A stretch of DNA of 64,000 nucleotides from the NCBI GenBank assembly GCA_036172245.1, contig JAYWIR010000024.1, forward strand, positions 2,852,001 through 2,916,000, in the 5' to 3' direction. The notes under the pieces are model-generated. The model saw nothing but the letters and a program-made list of their open reading frames with translations. It ran no database searches and was not told where the DNA came from. Each line of letters begins with the position of its first letter. Position 1 is the stretch's first letter. Below, piece after piece: positions 25,501-39,020 of the stretch. Source of the stretch: Raillietiella orientalis (Eukaryota). A program made the position numbers and the translations under genes.

Positions 25501-26455
25501 CTCTGTAGTTCCTTCTTTGTCTTCCTCTTCTCCAGACATCTCGTTCAGAATTTTCCCCAAATTATGGCGAAGTTTTTTTTTTTTCCTCTTTAAGAACAGA
25601 GAAAACTCCTTACCTACCTCCTTACCTATCCCCCCTATTGAGCTCAAAACACTGGCATTTTCTTTCGGTAAAGATGGACATTGTAGTGCATAGCGGGGAA
25701 GCCCACACTTTTCCTTCTTATTTTCTAGGATGCATTTGCATTTCTAGGATAAATGTGAAAGTAAAATTAAAGTCCGCAACACTAATAAAATACAATTCAC
25801 GTGTATAATGTGTGCTCGATACATATGTAATTTGTTTTTTCCCACTGCGGAATCGAGCCTCCATGACAGAAATCCGGCACATGCCGTTCTATAATTATTA
25901 TCGGAACATCCATCCAGAAGAACTCCGAAATTTCTAAGATTAGGCAAATGGATCAATCAAGTTTGATTTCTTGCTACTGTCGACGAAAAACTGTTAGATT
26001 ACTTGAAATTTGTGCTCCCTTGAAGACAAATGCATTGGTGCGAAATCTTTCGTATCTGAGGACTCCGCCAGAATTGCTGCTGGAATCATTCCCTTTTATT
26101 TCAAATCATGTGGAATCCGTTTCATCTTGGCAATCATGATTAGGTGATTCTTTTGTTCCGGAAACACAAAAGCGTCATCCTTCATTGTTGCCAACCTCGA
26201 GACCTGCGCCCTGTGAACACGTGTTTTCGGAGTTTTCGAATCTAAGCGCTCATTTCTGCCAATGGCAACGGCAAGAAAGGAAAAAAAAATGAAATAAAAC
26301 AAAAAAACACACGGAACGAAAGGTGGAAATTCTCTGCACTGTGCGAAGTTGTGCGTTAATTTCTCTCCGTTATGAATAATTTGTGTACGATAAGTCCCTG
26401 ATGCATTTGCGAGCAAAATTCAAACCGAATGCAAAAGTATCGTGGGAACACTTAC

Positions 26456-26610
26456 GTTCCAGGCACCGCGGGAAAGGAAAGATGATTTCCTCCCGTCTGG
26501 GACTTTTTCCGATGCCTCCCATGCTCGCTCTTCGAATGCAATAAGGAAGCTTTCCAGATCTTTCCAGGTCAGCGAGACATGCAAAGAGGCTAGTTCGTCT
26601 TGCAAGCAGA
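26456..26610 (-). mobile_element. Possible LTR-retrotransposon gag-like fragment or orphan exon
   Basis: KDLESFLIAFEERAWEASEKVPD resembles gypsy gag DxExFLxxFERxA. It ends at a gtaagt donor-like site. Confidence 0.25.
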
Positions 26611-27599
26611 TCTTTTTTTTTTTATTTGTTCATTTCCTTTTTCGACTTTTGAAGGGAATGTGCAAAGGACAGATGCAAGCAGCAGAGGAGCTTACGGGAT
26701 GACGATGCTTGCCGATCTGCTCCATTCGTTGCAAACGTTTCCTGATGCGATCCGGAGCGGTTCCTCTCTTCTTTCACCGTCTTCAGCCTCCCCAAGTGCT
26801 GCTGCTGCTGCTGCCGAACGGCAGGGCACGCACGCACACATCGAGGGCGCCTGCGCAGATTCCCTGCGTGCGACTGCGGCGCGCAAGCGTTCGGAAACGC
26901 GGCCGGGCCGTGTGAAGCGCGCGTGTGCGTGTGCGGGTGTGCGTGCGTGTGTTTGGAGGTGAAACACACTTTCCTCCCAGCGTGCCAAAGATTCGTCGCC
27001 GCCGCTGCTTCCGTCCCCACCACCACCATCATCCCGGCACGCGGAAAGCCTCTACCGGAGGGCGCGGCAGGCGGAGGGACGGAAGACGAGGAGAGAGAGA
27101 GAGAGAGAGAGGGCGGGGGGAGGAAGGAGGGGGGGAGGCGAGAAACGGGAACGGACGATCCGCGGGCGAGAAAGCTCGCTCGGCTCGCGTCCGCTTTCCC
27201 CCCGTCGGCCTGCTCGCTGCTGCCCGAGGTGCGGCGGCGGACAAGAAGAATACGTGACAACCGTTACATCCATTCCGAAGTGCTCCTTCCCGGGCGCGGA
27301 GCAGATCGCACAAAAGCCTTCCCAGCACAAAGGGGGGACTAATTCTTTCCGATTGTGAGGAACCCAAGCAAGATGCCAGCAGGTGACGGTGAAAGTAACG
27401 CGTGGATCGCTCCGTTCTCTCATCTGCTTCGACGTCCTTCGCCTCCGTCACGCCTCTCCCTCATCGGCGCGCATTGCGTGTGTGCGGGACACGGCGTCTT
27501 CTTTTCTTTTTTTTACTTCTTGAATGTATTTATGCGTGTATTTTTATTTTTATTTTCGAGGAGCGGTCACCCTGGCGTCAGGGCGTCGCCACGCCGCGC

Positions 27600-30500
27600 C
27601 GCCTCAGAGGTGTTTCGCCGCCTAAGAAGATGAGTGGAGACGGTTGGGAAAGGGAACACGAGATCCTCCTCCGCTTCCAAGGCGATTCCCCTGAGCATCG
27701 CGCCGATCCCGAAGCGCATTTCAAGGGCCCCCCCTGCGATATTCAGCAGACCCTAAATGGGGTCGCGCAGGCGCGCGAGTTTCCCTTTGAGAGTCGAGCC
27801 GATCCCAGGGGGATTTACCTCGGTCTGGCTCGCAGGAAACTCGACCCGCTTGTTCAAGGGGGGGAAGGGGAGGAGGTTTTTCCCCTCCGAAGGAATGCCC
27901 GAGCGTGCCTGTGGCCGCTGCAGCATGGAGCGGACGTGTGCTCTCTCCGCCTCTCCCCAGCACGCGAGAGGGGACAGGTGGGGCGCCAGGAAGCTGAACG
28001 CCTCCAATTCCCGTGGACCCGAACGAGGAGAGGAGGGGGAAGGGGGTCCCACGACACGGCCCGAAGCCTCCAGGCCTGCCGGCGTCCCCGCTCGGGAGGG
28101 CCGCGGAGAATGCGCGACTCCGTCCCGCGCCTTTTTGCTCTGCCGGGATTCCTGGGGAGGATTTCTCGCTTCCCCTTTCCCCTTCCCTCCCCCTGCGCGG
28201 CCCCCAAACACCAACACCAACACCGACCCCCTTCCGGTCGCGCATTCACGCCCCTAATCAGATCATCTGTCTCGGCACGGCATGTGCAGTGCGCCCCTTT
28301 GTCCGGTCGCCGTCGCCGTCCTTCGCCGGGATCGCGTCGGCCAGATGTTTCCTTGGTGCCCTGCCCGGGCGCGCCTCGCGAGACGTCTCCCGGATCTTCT
28401 GAGCCCCACTGAGGGAGGGGGTCATTCTTCACTGGGTCAACAATGACGCGCCAAGCAGCGAGTGCTCGGGGGAAGGAGACTTCGGTCGATTCCTTCACGC
28501 GCCGGGTTCGATTGAGCGTGAAATTTCCCTTCCTCTTCTCCCCTCTTCCCGCCCGCACCTTCTTTTCTCTCCGGAGAGAGTCTTCCCCCCCGCATATACG
28601 CAAGAATGCGCGAGGGCGTGCGCCACAGGCGCTCCCGGAGAGAGGGCAGGTCGCGCGCGCTTTGCGTGAGAGGCGCTCCTCCCGTCGCGATCGTTGGCGG
28701 CGCGGCCCCACCCAAGCACCCTGCCCCCACTCCCGTTCACGTCCCCTCCTCCTTCCCTCTCCCCCTCCTCGGCCTGAAACTGCACCACCGTCGTCCTCTT
28801 TGCCGGGAGGCGACGAGCCGGCCGGCTGTGTGCTGCCACCCCGCGACTTAAACGGCAATGGCGAGGTAGGGAGGGGCCGAGCCGGAGGTGGCGGAAGCGA
28901 CCCGGGGAGCAACCCCCGCCACTCTTCATGCCAGGGGGGAAGGTGGAAGCATGAAATTGCCCTTTGGCGCCCCCTTCGTCTACCTCGATCCCTCTGAGAA
29001 GGGAGAGGGAGGGCGCTGGTCGGAAGGAAGGTGTCGCGGCTGGACGCTTTCGACTGAACCACAGCGAGTCTCAGCATGACTTCGGCCCCTCCTGCATCTC
29101 AGGAAGAAGGGAGGACGGGGAGGAGAGGAACAGAAGGGTCGATGGGTGGTAGGTAGGCAGGCAAGCCACGGGAACCCACGGACGTTCCTGCCCTGACCCA
29201 GGACGACGCCTGCGCACCAGTGGGTTTCCTGGCGTTTCTTCGTGCACTCTCCGTCGGCAAGGGGACTCCTTCGTTCAGGGAAGAGTGGATTAGCAGAAGT
29301 GGGGGGGCTCCCCGAGGGCGAATGGTGGGCCTCGGTGATTCGGTGGGACGCCGCCACAGGCTGAAAGTCGCCCGCAATTGTTTCCCAGGCAGATGCCGCC
29401 ACTCTTCCCCCTGAGACGGAACGCGACGGCCGCGCAAGGTGGCCGCAGCGGACACGCCCGGTCATCGTGCTCGTCCAGGCGTCCACCCGGGAGCGGGGGA
29501 CCCAAGAGCTCGCTGGAGGGATCGCGAGAGTCTCCCGTGGAGACTGTTCCCGACTCCGGAGGGGGTGAAAGGAGGGTACGCGAAGACGGAAGGAGGGTCG
29601 GCAACGCATGGTACCGCGCTCGGGAGCCGGGAACAGGCAGGAGGGGAGGTGCTGGGCGGATGGCGCCGGCAAAAGGTAGCCCCTGGGAATCCTGAAAGAT
29701 GCCGCATCCAGGAAGGTGAGATGGGGCTTTGCGAAAAGAAAGAAAGATGAGATGAAGGCTCGCAGTTCCAGGAGTTTTCATTCGTCAGCTGGACTTGAGG
29801 ACTGAGGAGGAAGAGGGTGGATGGAGGAGTGGAAAAGGGTGGATGGAGGGCGAAGAGGAAGGTGGATCGAGGAGGAATGGACAAAGAGCTACCGAGATCT
29901 TTTCATGGATCATTAGGAGGCGGCGTGCGCGTAAGTAAGGGGAAGCAGAGGCGGGCTGTGTCGTCGAGCCTCGAGGGTCGTGATCAGCAACGCCGTCCGT
30001 CCGTTCCCGCGCGAGCGCCTCGGAGAAGGGGGTGGGGAGGGGAAAGGAGGAGGACACCGGAGGCGGGGGCGGGGGCGTCACTCACCGGACGGAGTCTAAC
30101 GACCCGGCGGTAATTGCGCCATCAAGAGCTCGCCTCGACGCGCCGGCTCCCTTTGATGGGGCGAGCCGACGGATTCCCGGCTACTCCTCCTCGTCCGAGC
30201 AAAAAGGGGGGGAAGAAGGGGGAATGCCGGATCGTGTTGCGTCCTCTCTGCCACTGCCAGCCTTCCGGGGGAGTACCCGAGGGTAAGGAATGGCGAGGCG
30301 TTACAAGAAGAAAAAAAGTGCGAGGGGAGGAAGGGGAGGGGCGAGGATGGGACAGGAGGGCACGGACTCCTTGTTGAAGACGTTGAGAGGGGGGAGGGGA
30401 AAAGCAGGAGGGTGGGTTGAAGGAGGGTCGACGAAGAGAGGGGGACTTTTCCCGCCGGTCCCCACCTCCTCCACTCTCATCCGAAAGAGACGAAGGGGAA

Positions 30501-32100
30501 AAGGGTGCTAATCCACAGCGGAATCTGGCGGAGGAGGGACTCTGGGCAGGGAGGGCGGTGTCGGCGGCTCCCTCTCTCTATTCGAACGAGAAGCCATCTA
30601 GGGGATGCCGGCGCGTCCCTTCTCGGGTTACCGAAGCAGGCAGGGGAGCTCCCAGCGTTCCCAGAGTGGAAACCGCGCGGTTGGGGGGTTTCCCCGTGGA
30701 AAAACAACAAAAATGAGAAAAGGAGCGGGGGTGGCCACCCTCCCGTGGGGCATCTCCGTTCCCCTGACGGGGCCCAAGGACATTGATCTCAGGATCGGCG
30801 CCACCATCAGAGGACAATTCCGTTCTTTCGCTCCTGCTGCGTGAGCGGTTGCGAGTCGGAAGAGGACTGGGGTGGGGAGAAGGGGAGGATCCCTCCTCGA
30901 CTGCGCTGCTGAAGAGCCAACGGTCCCTCATCCTCCTCCCGTCTCCTCGCCCTCTATTCCCTCTCCCACGATGGTTGCGGTAGCGCGCAAGAGACCGCTT
31001 GAAGGAGATAGGGGAAGAGAGGAGGAGAAGGAAGGGAGGAGGCGCTTTCGCGGTTCTCGGTTGGGGGTTCCTGAGGTTCCAGGAGCTTTCTGGAAGGGCT
31101 CCTTTCTCCTTTATTTCTCTCACGTTCTCTTCGGAAAGACGGCATCCCCGGAGAGCCGACGTCCCGTCTGGAAACCTGAGATATCCCAATCACAGCTGGG
31201 CAGGAGAGGCCCACGGCCTTCGGCTTTCGAAGGTACTCCCCGCCCCCTGCTTAGACGCTCTTGCTGGTAAACGTACCTCCCGAGGGTGGAGGAAGAACGT
31301 CCTGGCAAGCGGCATCCCCTGAGATCTCCGGATTCGCGGAGGAGGAGGAGAAAGGAAGGGACAAGCAGTCATTCTCTTGCCCCGCCTCTTCTGGGCGCTC
31401 CTGAGCGGAGGCCCGTGGGCGCTACTCTCCCATCCACATTCTGGAGAAGTAAGTTCCCAAGTTCTGTCTTCCTGGAGGCCCAAAGAAGTCCTCCCACGTT
31501 CCCGATACGTCCGCACCCCATCCGAGTCAGGAGGGATCCCCTGTACGTGGCAGCAGGGGACAGCTACCCATCGGAGGCAGCTCCGCCCTCTGCCTCCATC
31601 AGCTGCTCCCCCGTGAATGCCTGCTGGAGACATCCCAACATCCTCTCATGGTAAAGACCACCCCGTGGTGGTCGGGGACCAGCTGGCTCCGGAGCATGGG
31701 CTGCTTCAGCCGCCCCTGCCCCGGGATCACCGAGAAGAAACCTTCCTTCGCCGAGCCGCCCCTCCAGGACGCCTGTGCATCTTCCACTTACTCCGTTTCC
31801 ACGGAAACCTCGTGGATGCGCTCGGTTCCTGCTCTGACCGGCTTGCCCTGGCTCGTGCTGGGGAACGAGTCGCTAGGGATTTTCCGAGGAGGGAGCACCA
31901 CATCGGGAAGAACAGCGACCGAGGACACGCCACACGTGTGAGGGAGGTCACGTACGGCCAGTGACCCTGACCTCTACTTTTGACCCGCGTGCGACCGCAC
32001 TGTCACATCTTGGGGACCGAACTCCCGGGTCGCGCAGCTCGCGACGGGAGCGGCGGGTTTCCCTGGAACTCCTTTTTTTCCTCCTCCCCCTCTTTTCCTT
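27600..32100 (-). mobile_element. Long LINE relic (ORF1 remnant, EN, RT)
   Basis: A CW-containing knuckle-like remnant at ~31630. SSWNLR, YLLQAV, EINVLGP (EN, 30650-31100). VSRGAPGQG, AETDDLI, LEAFSFLA (RT domains 4, 5, 7; 27950-28420). Confidence 0.55.
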
Positions 32101-32449
32101 CCTCCTCCTTTCCAGGGCGATTCTTTCGAACTGACCGCCGGCGCTAGAAAGCGGCGTTCCCGCAGCTTTTCCTCTTCTCCTGCGGGAACACTGCATCGAC
32201 AAGCACCCTGCGGTCAGGAAGCGGCAGCGCGCTGCAGGCGTTTCTCGGTGCCGAGTTCCCGCCGCCGCATCTTCCGGAGGTCTTTCCTTAAGGAGTGTAG
32301 CTTCTTGAGGAGGGAATGCGGGACTTTCCCGTAGGCAGAAGTCGTCTCTGCACTCCTGGGGACCCTATTCCCCCATCCCCTCCTTGGGAGCTACCCCTTA
32401 TCCCCTCGCAGGATCCGACGTCGCGACCAGCGCGGGCTAAAAATAGCAG

Positions 32450-33450
32450 GTCAGCGCACCAGCCACTGCCGCCAAGGATGCCCTGGATGGCTGATTGCTC
32501 CCGGTGTCAGCAGCCTGGGAGCGCAAGCCCCCTTCCCTGCTGGATCTCCTGATGCCCGGCCGAAAGTTCCGGACCTTCTCTCCAGCGAGACTCCACGCAG
32601 AGCAAGCGAAAATGGCTCCGTGATGAGCGCCATCTAATCCTAGACTCGACCCTCCTCATCCACGACCTCCTTCGCCCATTTCCTGTCCAATGCACGTGCC
32701 GCACCCCACTTATTTCATCTTGCCCAAAGTGACCAACTGGAGGAGAGGGACGCCAGTCTGAATCACCGGAGCCACCCGGGGAGACCTCCAGCGTCCTCTG
32801 GAATTCATGCAGCCTCCTCCCGATCCAGCGTACCAGCTGCACACGCGCAAGGGAGAGGTGGTAGGGATTAGGGAGGAGGAGCGAGATCCCTCCAGGCACT
32901 CCGCGATCCGTTGCCATGGCGTCGGGTCTGTTCGGCGGGTTTGCGGGCAGCCACGTACGCGCCGACCATGCTCACGCGAGAAGGGGAGGAGGAGGATAAG
33001 GGGGTGAGGGGATGGGAAGAACTCCCGCAATCTGAGCTGCGAGTCCCCTGCGCGCATGTACGCATCTGCTCAGCCTCAGGAAAAGTGGGAGCGGCTGGAG
33101 TGACCGACCCTTCTAGCGGACAACCCCCCCCTATGCGGTCGTGCTCGTCGGGTCAGGGGCAAAGGAAGCTCCGGTCAAGAGCAGGATGCAGAGAAATGGG
33201 GGGGGGCTCGCAACAGTACAAGGGAAAAAGGAGGAGGAGGGACTTTCGTCCACTGACCATTCGGCATTCGAGAGCACGGGATGATGTCGCCGTCCTTCTC
33301 CTCCTTGAGAGGAATGGGGGCGGGGAACCGGGATGCCGGAAGAGGAGAACGAAGAGGGAAGGGAGGAAAAGCTCGTACGGCCCTTGGCTGGGGGTTCACG
33401 CGGTCCCAGAATCCTTCTGGAAAGGCTCCCGTCCCATGACATCACGTTCC
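32450..33450 (-). mobile_element. RT relic
   Basis: DRGVP.EGS (domain 4), WYAGSG (YADD), MRRVESRIRW (LGxxxDxxLxW), GRGLALP. Confidence 0.5.
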
Positions 33451-33599
33451 CATCGGGAAGACGACGTCACTCCAGATCTGTCGGATTGCCTGGTTTCCGG
33501 GGTCTCCCGCAGCTCCCCCGTCTTGTCCCGCATCTCTCTTCCCCCTTTCCTCTGCTCCGGAGATTGCTTCCCCCTTCTCCCTTCCCGCAAGGACCGGAC

Positions 33600-36050
33600 A
33601 GCCCCTCCGTCGAGGGCCGTATGGAGGATTGGGGGGTCCAGAGGAAAGGAATTGGGAAAGCAGCTGCCGTGCCTGCTCATGTGGACCTCCTGCGCTTCCT
33701 CCTTCTTCCCTGGAAAAGAGAAGGACGTGCGAGGGATGGAAGGCAGGCAGGGAAGAGGGGAAGTGGGCGGAAGGATGAAGTTTGCCTTTCCGGTAATCGT
33801 GAGGACCAACGTCTTCCGCATGATTAAGGTTCCTCCGCCGGAGAGATTCAAAATTCCCGACCCCCATCTCTCGGGAAGGGGATGGGGGGTGGATGTCCAT
33901 GTTGCTCTAGAGGATTGCGTTCCTGCCTCTGCAATCCGACGGATCCAGAAAGCCGCGCTCTCCTCCGGGCAGGCCGGGCCGAGCCCACCGGGAGCGCCAT
34001 CCGAGGGGAAGCATGACCCCAAGATTGTGACCCCTCGTCGTTGAGGAATAAATTCCCTTCCTCCCTCCCTCCCTGCTCCCGTCCGTTCCTTCTGATCCGG
34101 AGGAAATCTCGAGTCGGGAAAAGCCACGTTTCCAGATGGGGAGGTCGTGCGCGCGATTCCTCCTGCGCCTCCGCCCCTGAGGGGCCTCCCATCGCCTTCG
34201 CCGCTCCCAGGATCCCGAAGCTCGCAGGCCGGCGGGGGCGCGCGCGTGTTCCGCCTCGGCGGCCCCGGCGGGCACAGATGGCCTCTTCGGAGGACGCCGG
34301 GACCTTTCCCACGCTCCTTCCCTTTCCTTCCCTTGAGAGGCGACCTCGGGAGTCCGGGGGCGTGCGCACCGCCGCTGCCGTGAAACCCGCCGCCGCGCCG
34401 CCTCCGTGCGGGGCGAGAGCACCACCGCGGTGCGGGCCTACCCCGGTCGCCGCCGTTCGCGTTTCTGCTTCCGGTCCGCGTTCTGCGGACGAGGAAGAAA
34501 GGGCGAGGACGGAGAGAGAGGGTGAAGGCCGAGGTGCGCCAAAGAGCCACCAGAGTGCCCGGCGGAGGCTCCACCCGGGACCTCCAGGACGATGACCCTC
34601 TTTTCCCTCTGTCCTCCCTTTGGTCTTACGGGCCCATGTTTCCAAGGGGTCTCCCTGTTGGGAAGAGGAGAGAAGAAAGGAGGAACAATTTTCAATGACG
34701 GCGCTCCCTCTCCCGGTCTCCCGACGGCGCCGCCAGCGGCGTTCTCGCTCTTCCGAGGGTAGGAGCTCTCGACGCGAGACTGGCACGGCCGCATCCAGGG
34801 GCAGGAAAGGGCGGAGGGAAGGAGGCAGGAGAAAGAGGGAAGGGAGAGATCTTCCCGTCATCCAGCGTCGTCGCCCTCCGACCGACAGCCCTGCTGGGGT
34901 CACATGGCGGGCGGCTGCAAGCGCGCGACAGGGGGTCTCTTACCTTCGCCTCCTCTGTCCATGGACCTCGTCTGCCCTCGCCCCTCGGGAGGGATGCGAC
35001 TTTCGTCAGGAAGCGCCTCCTCTAGGACGTTCCGTCCGCCCCAGCAGGTGGGGGGCGTGTCGTCCACCACCACGAAATCCTCTCATCTCGGGGAAATCCT
35101 GGGGCCTCCGCACGCTGAGAAGTGGGTCCACGCACCACCGGAAAAAAATGGCGGAAGGGAAGGGGTGAGGCGAGGAGAGAAAGAGGAAGAGGTAGATGGA
35201 AGACCGTGGAGAGGAAGCAGACCTGTGCTCCTCCTCCTCACCCTCGTGTCCATCTTCACTCTACCCGCCTTCCCTTTTTCCCGTCCCTCTTGAGGCGACG
35301 AAGGGTTGTGGTGGATGCCACGCTGGCGCGCTCCCTGGTGGGTCACTTTCACAACCGGAAGGAGTAGGAGAAAAGATCTGGCGACAGCGAGCATCGACCG
35401 CCCAGGAGGAGGTCCTGGGCTAGGCGCGCCCACTGCCGCCAAGCGGTCGGGAGCCGCCGTCGCAACCGCCTCGAGCAAAAAAGGATTTCCTTCGAGAGAT
35501 CATACTGTGAGCGCCGTCGGGCAAGGAAGCTGCCCGTGTCCCGCCCCACCCTCGCGGGCGCGTGCGGGCGCACACCACGAGCCCACTGCTCCCGATCCCC
35601 CCCTCTCCTCAGGATGGGGAAATTCGCGCGCAGCAGCCTCCTCTGAAGAGTGAGCGTTGTACTTCCTCGGCACCGCTGAAGAGGAAATCTCATCTTGAGG
35701 GAAAAGGGGGAGGGAAAGCAGGGCACGGGAGAGGGACCCTGCTGGCGGAGGAGTGCTGCGAGGGAAAACGCCTGCTGTCTTCCGAGGTCCATGTAGCTGC
35801 TGCCCCTGCTGCCCCCATCACCATACACGTTCCCTTGAGTGATAGTGTGGGAAGCAAGAGCAGGCTCAGCGCGAGGATTTGCCTACTAGAAGGACTCCCT
35901 CTGCTGAGGATGACCTCTCTCCCGCTGGGGGTCTCGGGGACGAGGACGCTAACCCGAAGGAGAGACCCTTTTTTCTCGGTCCTCCCTCTGGCGTGCCCTT
36001 CCGCGGAGCGCGCCGCTTTCTACCTTCTTTCCGAAGGGCTCGTTGAGTTC
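33600..36050 (-). mobile_element. L1/Tx1-like EN-RT relic
   Basis: VLVPET, SAEGVLL, GNVYG (EN). WSLRRALWWLFGAP, GPHRGGALAP, VPASSEE, GVTILG, LNLSGGGTLIMRK (RT and thumb). Confidence 0.6.
34717..35072 (+). repeat. Perfect 356-bp inverted repeat, left arm
   Basis: Reverse complement of 37331-37686. Translations are identical in multiple frames of the ORF track. First mismatches are at 34716 and 35073, and the flanks remain similar but diverged. Confidence 0.95.
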
Positions 36051-37330
36051 GGGTAGCCGATCTTCAAGGGATTCTGCCGGAAGAGGACGGAGAGGAAGAG
36101 GAGGCGATGTCTGCACGGGATGAGCAGCGCAGCCTCCTTCTGCAGGCTGCAGAAACAACAAGAGAACAAAAAAGAGAAAGAAAAAAATGCAGCCAACAGC
36201 TGCTGCTGCTCCTCCTCCTCTTCCTCTTCTGGGAGGCCATCTTCCCGGAACAGAGGAGGAAGACAGGCCCTCCGAGAGTGTGAGTCCTCCTTGGTCAGCA
36301 GACTCACTACGGATACTCCCACGAACCAAAGAGAGTCAGTTCGTCCCCTTAGAGTGGGAGTAGGTGAGCAAGAGAGACCCCGGCGGAAGGATGGAAGGTA
36401 CCACGGATCGCTTCTTCCTCCTCCCTCTCTCTCCCGTGACGCCTCTCCTTCCTCCTGACCGCTTCCCCGACAGGAAACGCTGCTCTTCTTCCCCCCACGT
36501 CAGGAGCTCGTCGCCAGCTGCTCCCTCGTTTTCGTTTCAGCGGCTGCTCCCGCAGCTCGTTGCTTCCCGGTAGTCGGCGCTACTGATGCTGGATCTCGGC
36601 ACCGGGGCGCCGTACACGCGAGGCGGCGAGCGAAATAGCACGTCCTTCGGGCGAAGGCACCTGCATCACTCGTGACCTTGGGAGGTCCTTCCGCGTGCGC
36701 CTGGCTGGAGGCCCTTCCGTGGGGCCAGTGAGCGCCTTGGCGAACCCGGAGCTTCCTCCTCCGCCTCGCAAACCCTTCTCCCCCTCGTTCTGCATCCCTT
36801 CTCGCCCTCCCTGCCCTCCGTGGGCTCTTCCTCCAGCGTGATTGTCCCCGGAAGCCTCGAGAGGAAACGGCCGCCCTGCGCTGCTCGGGAGGCGTGCGGG
36901 GCGCATTCCTTGTCGTTGTAGAGCCACGAGACCGTAACGCCCCCGGGGTCGATCTCAGTGACCGTTCCTCCCAGCCCAGGAGCACAGCGCGGCCTCCCTT
37001 TCTCGTGAATCGGGACAGCAGCCCACCCGCTCTTCAGCGCGGGTCGAGAGAGAGAAAATCGAAGAGGAGGGATCCCTGTCTCTTTGAATACTCGATGTTT
37101 TCGCACCCGTTCTAACTCCCCCCAAAAGGAGGGGGGATAATAGGAGCATCTGTGAGATGATGGTCTGCTTCAGCTCCTCCAGCGGCGGGTTGGTTGGCTG
37201 AGGAGAGAACCAGCCACCCTTCCCAGCTGGTTGAAACAAAAAGCTCACTGGTAGGAACGACGCACCTGCAGGTGGGCACTCTCCGTAGGGTGCCCAATCC
37301 CGGGAACTTCCCCGTGCTGAGAGGATTTCA

Positions 37331-37686
37331 TGGTGGTGGACGACACGCCCCCCACCTGCTGGGGCGGACGGAACGTCCTAGAGGAGGCGCTTCCTGACGA
37401 AAGTCGCATCCCTCCCGAGGGGCGAGGGCAGACGAGGTCCATGGACAGAGGAGGCGAAGGTAAGAGACCCCCTGTCGCGCGCTTGCAGCCGCCCGCCATG
37501 TGACCCCAGCAGGGCTGTCGGTCGGAGGGCGACGACGCTGGATGACGGGAAGATCTCTCCCTTCCCTCTTTCTCCTGCCTCCTTCCCTCCGCCCTTTCCT
37601 GCCCCTGGATGCGGCCGTGCCAGTCTCGCGTCGAGAGCTCCTACCCTCGGAAGAGCGAGAACGCCGCTGGCGGCGCCGTCGGGAGA
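37331..37686 (-). repeat. Perfect 356-bp inverted repeat, right arm
   Basis: See 34717-35072. Spacer is 2258 bp. Confidence 0.95.
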
Positions 37687-38399
37687 TCGGGAGAGGAGCA
37701 CCGTCGTCGAAAGTTGTCCCCCCACTCTTCGTTCTCGCCTCCTCCTCCTCCTCCCTTCTCTCCCTAACCGTCAGCGGGCGAGAGGTCATCCTGGGTGGAG
37801 GGAGCCAACTCCTCGCATCATCGCGCAAGGGGAGATCACGGTTGGCCATGGAGGACCGACGATCGTCCGAGGAGCGTACCATCTCTTCTGCTTCATTCAG
37901 GGAGCAAGCTGGAGCAGCACCCCGGTCCAAACTCCGGTGGAGGAGAGGCACACGGGCGCTCAGAAGGAGACGGGGCGTGAGGAAAAGGAAGGGAGCAAGG
38001 GAAATGCAGGAGGAATGGTGGAGAAAGAGGAGCGGAGGAGGAGGCGAGCGGCAGAGTAAGGAAGGAAGGGAGGTGGAGGAGGAGAGTAGGTGGAATGGGG
38101 AGAGAAAGGCGAGCGCACGCACGGGAAGCTAGGTCTTTGGTTCCGTCGCCGTGTGAGCAGCACGGACGGAGGGGAGGGAGACGCAAAGGGAGGGTAAAGC
38201 GGGGGTTGACCAGAAGGCCTGCGGTTCATCCTTGGGAACGGCGCTTTCCGCGACGTCGGACCATCAATCACGTGCGCGGCGAAGATCGCGGGGACAATCG
38301 AGCGAGGGGGCCATTCATCATCTCCCGTCTTCTTCGCGAGGTCGCCCAAGGATCCATAAATCTTTGATTTCGTTATTTGGAGTTATTAAGATGGGATGC

Positions 38400-39020
38400 T
38401 CTTCCGGCGGGTTTGGAGAAGAGATGGGGAGGACAGGGGAGGATGGGGGAGGAAGAGAAGCAGAGGAGAGAGAGGAGGCCGCCTGCAGGCCGTACCCGAG
38501 GGATGCGGAGGAGAGAAACGCCACATCTCTCCATCCACCGCCGTTTGAGGGCGGTATCCAGCGGGAGATTGGCAGAAAAAAGGCAAAGGGTGTCTCTCAC
38601 GTGCTCCGCTTGCGCTGAACCAGGAAGCTTGGCTAAGGACGGTGCATCCGCCTTCTCAGAGACTCCTCTCTCGGGAGCCCGCAGCGCGCGCGCGGCACGG
38701 ACACCCAACTTCTGGTTTGACGCGATCCGCTCGGGAGCACCGCCCTCCGAAAATCGGAGTAGCCCACCCAGAAAAGGGCAGGGGGGCTTGGTGGTCAGCT
38801 CTGGAGCCCAATGGGTTTGACGCGTCGAGCAGCTGCAAGGAGGACCCGGCATCGTGGGTCCGTCCGCTACGAGGCGAAGGACGCCGCAGAAGTAATCGGT
38901 TGAGGGGAATGGAGTGCAGCGAGATACGGGACCCCTGTATGTGGAGGGGAAAAGAATGGCTCCTTGCCACCCGCCGGAAAGATAACGGGACGCTTCCCTC
39001 CTACTGTGCACCCTCCTCCT
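38400..39020 (-). mobile_element. RT relic (domains 2-5)
   Basis: TYRGPVSRC (YRPISL), LLDASNPLGSRADH (LDxSKAFDxVxH), GVSEK..PSL, LCLFSAN (LFADD). Confidence 0.55.

Noticed and set aside
27854..29077. Long ORFs (407 aa here; also 13132-14304, 32911-34044, 33396-34574, 49107-50129) as intact genes
   Set aside because: These are Arg/Gly/Pro/Ser-rich stop-poor frames caused by high GC. Motifs jump between frames, indicating pseudogenised TE or antisense shadows.
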